In this document: positions 57,056-64,000 of the stretch, piece after piece
Layout: each line of letters begins with the position of its first letter
Position numbering within the stretch: the first letter of the stretch is position 1
Assembly (NCBI GenBank): GCA_049320885.1
Contig: JBMORA010000014.1
Location: forward strand, 32,001-96,000
Reading direction: 5' to 3'
Origin: Thermodesulfobacteriota bacterium
Lineage (GTDB): Bacteria; Desulfobacterota; Desulfobacteria; Desulfobacterales; SURF-7
DNA: 64,000 bases
Notes under the pieces: model-generated
The model's database searches: none
What the model saw: only the letters and a program-made list of their open reading frames with translations
Told to the model about the DNA's origin: nothing
Translations under genes and position numbers: made by a program

Positions 57056-58111
57056 ATGATTTTTGGAAAAAAAGACCACCTTGTAGGATTGGATATCGGT
57101 TCCCGGACCATTAAGGTCGGCGAAGTTGAAAAAACTGCATCCGGCTATACGGTTACAAAATTCGGCGCTCTTGACATTGCGCCCGGGATTATCGAAGAGG
57201 ACGGAATCAAGAACCCGGAGGGCGCGGCTGATTCCATACGACAGTTATTTAAACTGTATAATGTAAAAGAGCAGAACGTCGCCATATCCGTAAGCGGTTA
57301 TTCCGTAATCGTGAAAAAAATCAATGTGCAGACCATGAACGAAACTCAGCTTCAGGAGATCATCCATCTCGAGGCTGAACAATACATTCCTTTTGACATC
57401 AGCGATGTCAATCTCGATTTTCAGATATTGGGCGGCAGTGAGCGAAATCCCAACCAGATGAGTGTTCTGCTGGTGGCTGCTAAAAAAGAAATGATCAACG
57501 ATTATCTGAACGTTCTGGATATCGCCGGCCTGAATCCCTGCATCATCGATGTCGATGCTTTTGCGCTGCAGAATATTTATGAAACAAATTATACCGTTAC
57601 GGATGAATGTGTCGCACTTATCGATATCGGCGCCAATAAGACATCATTGAATATCCTAAAGGGTACCGCTTCGGTTTTCATGCGCGATGTGTCATTGGGA
57701 TGCAGCCAGATTAATCACAAAATCGTTTCCCAGATAGATTGTTCCGCTCAAGAGGCCGAAGAAATTAAAAGCAGCGAGAATCAGGACCGGATGCCTCAGG
57801 AGGATTTAAATGAAATCGTATCTTCTGTGGTATCCGACTGGACGACCGAAATCAGAAGAGCCCTCGATTTCTTTTATTCCACCTATCCCGATGACCAGAT
57901 CAAAAGGATAGTGTTGAGTGGCGGCGGGGCTAATATCAAAGAATTTCGGTCCCTTTTGGCATCACAAACATCCACGGAAGTGGCTATTATTAACCCTTTT
58001 GAAAAATTGAATATTGATGAAAAAAATCTGGATAGCACATATCTGAATAAAATGGCTCCACAGGCAGCAATTTGCATGGGCTTGGCTATCAGAAGGGTGA
58101 ATGATAAATGA
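57056..58111 (+). CDS. pilM: Type IV pilus assembly protein PilM
   Basis: VGLDIGS, EAEQYIPF, LDFQIL, LVAAKK, DIGA, LSGGGA, GLA.R. Confidence 0.96.
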   Translation: MIFGKKDHLVGLDIGSRTIKVGEVEKTASGYTVTKFGALDIAPGIIEEDGIKNPEGAADSIRQLFKLYNVKEQNVAISVSGYSVIVKKINVQTMNETQLQEIIHLEAEQYIPFDISDVNLDFQILGGSERNPNQMSVLLVAAKKEMINDYLNVLDIAGLNPCIIDVDAFALQNIYETNYTVTDECVALIDIGANKTSLNILKGTASVFMRDVSLGCSQINHKIVSQIDCSAQEAEEIKSSENQDRMPQEDLNEIVSSVVSDWTTEIRRALDFFYSTYPDDQIKRIVLSGGGANIKEFRSLLASQTSTEVAIINPFEKLNIDEKNLDSTYLNKMAPQAAICMGLAIRRVNDK

Positions 58112-58692
58112 TCAGGATCAATCTACTGCCTTTTCGCGCGGCACGGAAAAGCGAAAATATCCGGCGACAAGTTTCTCTTTTCTTGCTTTCACTGGTATTG
58201 ATTTTTCTGGTGATGGGTTATTTCCAGATATATTTGGCAACCGAAATCAGCTCGATGAAACGAAAGGTCGACAATGCCACTCAAGACCTGCAGCGTTATC
58301 AAAAGCAGGCGTCTGAAGTGGATTCCATCAAGAATAAACTGGATAATCTCCAGAAGCGAACGGATGTCATGAAAGAGCTGGATAAAAACCGAAAAGAACC
58401 GGTTCAATTGCTCGACGTCATGACTCAAGTCGTCATACCCAATCGAATGTGGATTAACAGCCTTTCCATTTCGGACGCGAATGTCGCCATCTCCGGTATT
58501 GCCCTGGACACGAAGACCACGGCGGATTTCATGGTCAGACTGGAAGAATCAGCGCTGTTCTCGGCTGTTAATTTGGAATCCGTCAAGCATGAAATAATCA
58601 ACAAGCAGAAAATGCAAAGCTTCCAAATTACCTGTGTTAGACCGGTAAAAACAACAGAGAAAGTGAAAACAACAGAGAAAGCCAAGAAGTAG
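58108..58692 (+). CDS. pilN: Type IV pilus assembly protein PilN
   Basis: MIRINLLP motif, single TM, coiled coil. Confidence 0.95.
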   Translation: MIRINLLPFRAARKSENIRRQVSLFLLSLVLIFLVMGYFQIYLATEISSMKRKVDNATQDLQRYQKQASEVDSIKNKLDNLQKRTDVMKELDKNRKEPVQLLDVMTQVVIPNRMWINSLSISDANVAISGIALDTKTTADFMVRLEESALFSAVNLESVKHEIINKQKMQSFQITCVRPVKTTEKVKTTEKAKK

Positions 58693-58699
58693 GGAAAAG

Positions 58700-59335
58700 A
58701 TGGAAAAGATTAAAAATGCGTTTTCTGAGAAATTGGAGCCGCTTGTCAGCAAAATCGGCGAACTGACAAAACTCCAGCGTTATCTGATTTATGGCGGGAC
58801 CCTGGTCCTGATCACCGTGGTCTATGTCTACGCATTGTATTTGCCGAAATATGAAGAAAAAAGCCGACTGGAAGAGAATCTGACCAAGGTCGAGGAACAG
58901 CTAAAAACGACCAAGGGCAAGGCAATGCAATTGGAATCATTGCAAAAAAAGATGGAAGAGGCCAGGGTTCAATTTGAAATAGTGAAAAAAACACTTCCGG
59001 AAAAAAAGGATATTCCTTCTCTTTTGTCAAGCATTTCCCAGTCGGGCCGGGATTCAGGATTGGAATTTTTTCTTTTTCAGCCGAAAAAGGAGCTCAGCAA
59101 AGGCTTTTATGCCGAAATTCCGGTTGCAATGAAAATGCAGGGAAATTATCATAATCTTGCGATTTTTTTTGCAAGAGTGGCAGATATGTCGAGGATTGTA
59201 AATGTTAGGGATATCAAAATTACCGGTGGCGCGTCAACTCTCGATACCGCATGCACGGCCGTCACCTATCGGTTTATCGATGCTGAAAGCGCCCCGAAAC
59301 AAGCACCAACAAAAAAAGGCAGAAGACGGAAATAA
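58700..59335 (+). CDS. pilO: Type IV pilus assembly protein PilO
   Basis: TM plus coiled coil; LP...DIPSLL, FYAEIP, G.YH, SRIVN. Confidence 0.95.
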   Translation: MEKIKNAFSEKLEPLVSKIGELTKLQRYLIYGGTLVLITVVYVYALYLPKYEEKSRLEENLTKVEEQLKTTKGKAMQLESLQKKMEEARVQFEIVKKTLPEKKDIPSLLSSISQSGRDSGLEFFLFQPKKELSKGFYAEIPVAMKMQGNYHNLAIFFARVADMSRIVNVRDIKITGGASTLDTACTAVTYRFIDAESAPKQAPTKKGRRRK

Positions 59336-59338
59336 ACC

Positions 59339-60073
59339 ATGCATCGACAATTGCTCATAGCGACGATGATCTTTCTTTTTGCCCTGTGGTTCGGACCCGC
59401 GGGGTGCGGAAAACAGCCGGACGACTCCTCCAGACAATCGACCCCGGTGGCCAAAAAAATTATTCCACAACAAACAAAAGCCGATCAGGGCACCGAGGCA
59501 AAGACGGTTCAGACCGGCGCCAAACCGCCGGCATCAGCCACACCGGCCTCAACCACACTAGGCTCAACCACACCGGAATCAGCTGCACCGACGGCAATGA
59601 ATTCATCAGCAGCGGAACAGCCCCCCGGCCAAGCCCCTCCGGCGGATGGACAGAAACAAAAAGCGGCCGTGGCTTCAGCAGACAACCGTCCACCGCTGGA
59701 ACTATACAATCCGGCTGGAAAGCTCGATCCTTTTGCTCCCCTGTTTAAGGAGGAGCAGGTCGTTACAGAGGACAAATCCCAAAATAAAAAGAAAAAACGA
59801 CGGGGCCATTTGACACCGCTTGAAAAGGTTGATCTGAGCCAGCTGGTTTTATTGGGCACCATACTCGCACCTAGCGGAAATCGGGCCATGGTGGCCGATA
59901 CCAGTGGGAAAGGATATGTCATTACTAATGGCACCTATATAGGTATGTCCTCGGGGAGAGTGGTTGATATATTAAAGGATCGAATCGTCGTGGAAGAAGA
60001 GGTAGAGAATATTTTAGGAAAAATATCCCTCCGGAAGAGAGAGCTTAAAATTCAGAAACCTCTTGGAGAGTGA
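59339..60073 (+). CDS. pilP: Type IV pilus assembly lipoprotein PilP
   Basis: PAGC lipobox, low-complexity linker, YNP.GK.DPF, PLEK.DL.QL, G.YIG...G. Confidence 0.92.
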   Translation: MHRQLLIATMIFLFALWFGPAGCGKQPDDSSRQSTPVAKKIIPQQTKADQGTEAKTVQTGAKPPASATPASTTLGSTTPESAAPTAMNSSAAEQPPGQAPPADGQKQKAAVASADNRPPLELYNPAGKLDPFAPLFKEEQVVTEDKSQNKKKKRRGHLTPLEKVDLSQLVLLGTILAPSGNRAMVADTSGKGYVITNGTYIGMSSGRVVDILKDRIVVEEEVENILGKISLRKRELKIQKPLGE

Positions 60074-60104
60074 TCAAATGGCATATTTCGAGGGTAGAAA
60101 AAAG

Positions 60105-63086
60105 ATGGCAAATAACATTTCAAAAGGCTTCATTTGGGTATGCGTCTTCGTTCTGGCCGCTTGTGCCTCAAACATGACCACAAAGCAGGAAGATGCCGGG
60201 GCGAATGCCCCGCCGGAGGAGATGCAGGGCAAGCTCATCACGGACATTCGGATTGCCGATACACCGGAATCGATCAACGTTTCCATCGTGGGGAATCGCT
60301 CGCTCACGTATACTTCCGTGAAACAGCCGTTACCCTTGGGGATCGTTTTCTATTTTCCGGAAACATCGCTTGGTATCGCCAAGACAGAATATCAGGTCGA
60401 TAACAGTATCATCGGCACCATAAAAGCCGCCGAGCTGGTTGAAAATGGTCCCTCCAAAGTCACCATCGCGTTGAAAGCGGATTCTCCCTATGAGATCACC
60501 CGGGAGGGGGAAGCGCTGAAAATTGCATTCAAGAAAACAGCGGATTCAGCATCGGCTGGTGAAACATCACCACCCACAGTAACCGTCGCAGCGGCAAGTG
60601 AAAATGAAACGCCTGGGAGCAATACCGTTGCCGAAGAAGCGATCCCCGCGAATGAACCGCCGGAATCGGCCGAGGGCGACGGAACTGCAGTGGCGCCTGC
60701 GGTCGATCAACAGACATCTTCTTCTGCACCTGTCGCCGCCGCCATACCTGTCACCGTCGAGGGGGAAGCAGGATCCACGGGAGCGGAAGCCTCTTCCGGT
60801 AATAACCTTCGCACCATATCCGCAAGTGAAATACAGAACGGCATAATGGTTTCGGTGATAACCGACCGGTCCGTGACGGATTACAAGTCGTTTACGTTAA
60901 GCGATCCACCCCGAATCGTTTTTGATTTATACGGTGTTAAAAGCCCGTTTACCAAGCCCCAAGTCGTTCCGGTCAACACCCAATGGGTGAAGGGCATCCG
61001 TCATTTCGGTTATCCGGAGCGGGTTCGTATGGTTATTGACACCAAGAATGAATATCTTTCCGCGTTCAAGGCCGAATCCACCGGCAATGGCCTTGCCGTC
61101 AGGCTCGGGGAAGACATCACAGGCGAATCCGCTACGGAACCGGTGATGGCGGAGCCCAAAACGGAAACAGTAGCGACTCCGGCTCCGGCTGTCATCGCCA
61201 TGAAACCACCGGAGGAATATAAGGAAAAATCCGAGTCACCGGTTGTCACATCCAGCGGCCAGGCCCTGGTTAACCGGATTGATTTTATCAGCAGGGATCA
61301 GGGGGAATCCAGTGTCATCATCGGAACAACAAGACCTGTTTCCTATGATGTCACCAAGATCGATGAAAAGAAAATTCAACTGGAGCTGATGGATGCTAAA
61401 ATATTGAGTTTCCGCCAGCGACCGCTTATAACCACTCGTTTTGAAAGTGCTGTGGATCGCATTTCGCCGATCCAGACAGGGGCGATGAAAAACCCCCTGA
61501 TTATCATCGAACTCCGTGAAGGGGTTCCCTATACCGTCAACCAGAGCGACAATCAAATTCAGCTGGATTTTTCCGCTTCGACCGTGGCCCCGAAACCACT
61601 TGAGGAGGCCGGTCTGCCGTCCTGGAAAAAGATGTTGGAACAACATGCGGAGGAACCTTCTTTGGAAGCGCAAGGAACAGTTCCTTCAACAGAGGAAGAA
61701 GGTGCATCGTCCACCATAGCAGCAATTCCGATGCCAGCCGAAACGGATAAGGAAACCACCATGGCCCCATTGAAGGATGATGTGGCGGCAGAGGTGGAAG
61801 AGGAAAGTGAGATCACGGAAGACGCTGCGCTGAAACCAAAGCCGGCAAAAAAACGGTATACCGGTGAAAAAATCGCCCTCGATTTTTATCAGACCGATAT
61901 CAAGAATGTCCTTCGTATTTTACGGGATGTCAGCGGGAAAAACTTTGCCGTTGATCAGGATGTGAACGGAAAAGTGACCCTTACGCTGGTTAAACCGGTT
62001 CCCTGGGATCAAGTTCTGGATTTGATATTAAAGATGAACCAGCTAGGTCAAATCAGTGAGGGAGAAATCGTCAGAATCGTAACCCTGAAAACCCTCATGG
62101 AAGAAGAGCGGCAAAAAGCGGAGGCCCTGAAGGCGGAAGCCACATTAAAAGAACAGAAAAAAGCATTGGAACCGCTGTATACGGAATACATACCCATCAG
62201 TTATGCAAGCGCCAGTGCCGATATCAAACCCCGCCTTGATGAAATCAAGTCCCCGGAAAGAGGCAAGGTGGGGGTTGATGCACGCAACAATCAGATCATC
62301 ATGACCGATACGGCTGAAATCTTGGCCAAGGCGAAAAACATTGTCAGACAAATCGACAAAGTGACGCCCCAGGTGATTATTGAAGCCAGGATTGTCGAGG
62401 TCAGCGAAAACTTTTCTCAAAGTTTCGGAACACGATGGGACCTTTCCGGCCAGCGAACAGCCACCAGCAATCCCGGAGCGGCTACTGCCTCTGAATTTGA
62501 GGTTTCCATGAATCATCCGTCCACCGGGTCCTCCGGTTCCATTGGCGCAAATTTCTCCCGCATTGTTGGCACACCGTTTTCATTGAACGCGGAACTGGAG
62601 GCAATTGAAGCTTCGGGTGACGGCAAAATCATTTCCGCACCGAAAATCGTTACCTTGGATAACAAGGAAGCGCTTATCAAGCAGGGTCTTGAATATCCCT
62701 ACACCGAACGCGATTCCTCGGGTCTGGCCACCAATAAGTTCAAAAAAATTGACCTGGAACTGAAGGTTACCCCCCATGTGACGCCGGACAACCGGATTTC
62801 TATGAAAATGCAGGTCACCAAAAACGACGTGGACGATCTGATCAACGGCGTTCCGTCCCTTGCCACCAATGAAGCAAATACGGAATTGTTGGTCAATGAC
62901 GGTGATACCATCGTTATCGGCGGGATCATCAAATCCTCCAAAAGTGACGGGGAAACACGTTGGCCGATTCTATCCAAAATTCCCTTGTTCGGTTGGTTGT
63001 TTAAAAGCAAAACCACATCGGAAAAAAAGAATGAATTGCTGATCTTCATAACACCGCGAATCGTTCAGCTGGAACACCGTATGTAA
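60105..63086 (+). CDS. pilQ: Type IV pilus secretin with several AMIN-like domains
   Basis: VLAAC lipobox; LSDPPRIVFD; YTGEKIALDF; VPWDQVLD; QVIIEARIVE; LELKVTPHVT; ELLIFITPRI. Confidence 0.96.
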   Translation: MANNISKGFIWVCVFVLAACASNMTTKQEDAGANAPPEEMQGKLITDIRIADTPESINVSIVGNRSLTYTSVKQPLPLGIVFYFPETSLGIAKTEYQVDNSIIGTIKAAELVENGPSKVTIALKADSPYEITREGEALKIAFKKTADSASAGETSPPTVTVAAASENETPGSNTVAEEAIPANEPPESAEGDGTAVAPAVDQQTSSSAPVAAAIPVTVEGEAGSTGAEASSGNNLRTISASEIQNGIMVSVITDRSVTDYKSFTLSDPPRIVFDLYGVKSPFTKPQVVPVNTQWVKGIRHFGYPERVRMVIDTKNEYLSAFKAESTGNGLAVRLGEDITGESATEPVMAEPKTETVATPAPAVIAMKPPEEYKEKSESPVVTSSGQALVNRIDFISRDQGESSVIIGTTRPVSYDVTKIDEKKIQLELMDAKILSFRQRPLITTRFESAVDRISPIQTGAMKNPLIIIELREGVPYTVNQSDNQIQLDFSASTVAPKPLEEAGLPSWKKMLEQHAEEPSLEAQGTVPSTEEEGASSTIAAIPMPAETDKETTMAPLKDDVAAEVEEESEITEDAALKPKPAKKRYTGEKIALDFYQTDIKNVLRILRDVSGKNFAVDQDVNGKVTLTLVKPVPWDQVLDLILKMNQLGQISEGEIVRIVTLKTLMEEERQKAEALKAEATLKEQKKALEPLYTEYIPISYASASADIKPRLDEIKSPERGKVGVDARNNQIIMTDTAEILAKAKNIVRQIDKVTPQVIIEARIVEVSENFSQSFGTRWDLSGQRTATSNPGAATASEFEVSMNHPSTGSSGSIGANFSRIVGTPFSLNAELEAIEASGDGKIISAPKIVTLDNKEALIKQGLEYPYTERDSSGLATNKFKKIDLELKVTPHVTPDNRISMKMQVTKNDVDDLINGVPSLATNEANTELLVNDGDTIVIGGIIKSSKSDGETRWPILSKIPLFGWLFKSKTTSEKKNELLIFITPRIVQLEHRM

Positions 63087-63107
63087 CTGCGAAAACATCC
63101 GATAATG

Positions 63108-63149
63108 AGAGGCAGAGGGATGTGGAGGATATCCTGACTGCCTCTTTTT
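63108..63149 (+). terminator. Intrinsic terminator after pilQ
   Basis: AGAGGCAG...CTGCCTCT stem with inner GGATGT/ATATCC pairing, followed by a T run. Confidence 0.7.
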
Positions 63150-63186
63150 ATTGGTGAGCAGGCCAAACCATCAGCTTTGGGTGTTC

Positions 63187-64000
63187 ATGAATCTCAAAGA
63201 GCGACTTTTACAGAAAATGGAGATCGACCGGCTTGCTCGTCAAGTCATCGATTCCCTTCGTCCATTGGGCAATGGCCCGTCCCGGATCGAAAAACAGGCG
63301 ATGAAGAGACTTCTTGAGCTGGGAGACTACCGGCATGAACGCAAGAGGGATCTGGATGTATTTTATCGAGGGAATGTCCAAAATGCGCTTCGGGCGCAAT
63401 TCATCGTGCTGGATAACGATTTGGCCGTATATGAAACGACAATGGAAGACGTCGTGCTGCGGAAAAGCCCATATGTAAAGGAAATGGTCAGTATCCGGAA
63501 TATCATCAAAATTTTAAATGATGGGGATGTAATTCGCTGCAAAAAAGCCGATACCGTCAGGCTTGTTCATGGAGAATGTCTTTCCTTGCTTGATCTGAGT
63601 GTCAACCCCTCGGACCTTTCCGACATGCGGAACGAAGCAATTAAGGCCGTTACTTCAGGCGATACGGAAAAGGTGCTGACCTGCATTTCTCTTTTTGCTG
63701 AATTGCTGGAATATGTTTTCCCACCCCCGTTTCTGGCTTTTCAAGCACACCATATTCGTTGCGGAATTACCATTGACCCGGTTGGAGTTCATTACTACGG
63801 CCCCCACGTCATATATGATTCCGCCACCAATCGACTGGCTCTATCCATTTTACAAATCAAGAATGGAGATAAGGATAAGATCGAAACAATTCAGCAGGTT
63901 ATGCATCATACGGTGAAACCGGACAAGGCGGGAGCAGATGTTTTCACATTTTTATTTGAAGCCGCCAGCGGCATCACATCCATACCGGCAACCACTTTAT
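63187..64000 (+). CDS. Hypothetical protein (3' end runs off the window; absent from the ORF track)
   Basis: Open frame from ATG 63187 to the window end: MNLKERLLQKMEIDRLARQV...VLDNDLAVYETTMEDVVLRKSPYVKEMVSIRNIIKILND. Confidence 0.8.
   Translation, partial: MNLKERLLQKMEIDRLARQVIDSLRPLGNGPSRIEKQAMKRLLELGDYRHERKRDLDVFYRGNVQNALRAQFIVLDNDLAVYETTMEDVVLRKSPYVKEMVSIRNIIKILNDGDVIRCKKADTVRLVHGECLSLLDLSVNPSDLSDMRNEAIKAVTSGDTEKVLTCISLFAELLEYVFPPPFLAFQAHHIRCGITIDPVGVHYYGPHVIYDSATNRLALSILQIKNGDKDKIETIQQVMHHTVKPDKAGADVFTFLFEAASGITSIPATTL

Noticed and set aside
58639..58682. Short repeat in the pilN tail (VKTTEK x2)
   Set aside because: Low-complexity tail duplication of about 18 nt; no functional implication evident
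1..64000. CRISPR arrays, tRNA/rRNA, IS elements, prophage, selenocysteine read-through
   Set aside because: None recognised by eye: no regularly spaced repeats, no transposase or integrase motifs, and no in-frame TGA splitting a recognisable gene. Dedicated tools were not run.

Overview
Chromosomal segment of a sulfate-reducing deltaproteobacterium, most likely Desulfobacterales-like (inferred from the dissimilatory-type Sat and the gene repertoire). Positions 1-21 kb are mostly core genes: NRDE, thiolase, gyrA, gpsA, radC, pgk, gpmI, rsfS, nadD, proA, proB, obgE, rpmA, rplU and fdhD. Positions 21-38 kb are accessory. They hold a porin plus mini substrate-binding protein pair, a sulfotransferase, an operon of two acyl-CoA dehydrogenases with complementary motif loss plus an internally duplicated Cys-rich unknown protein, and a sigma54 module (OrpR-like PAS activator plus NifX-like protein, divergent from a pseudo-receiver/receiver/CBS/DASS operon, with a visible -24/-12 promoter and phased repeats). 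After these come sat, a cobU-cobS-cobD-cbiR cobamide salvage/remodelling cluster, a chemosensory operon without MCP or CheY that ends in a HEAT-receiver protein, a PBP1A with SxxK changed to SxxQ, a TetR gene and XRE-pilMNOPQ. I recognised no rRNA, tRNA, CRISPR array, transposase or integrase. The best candidate for an undescribed system is the 26.7-31.1 kb acyl-CoA operon, whose upstream palindrome recurs upstream of the thiolase gene. All calls come from reading motifs by eye; no database searches were run.
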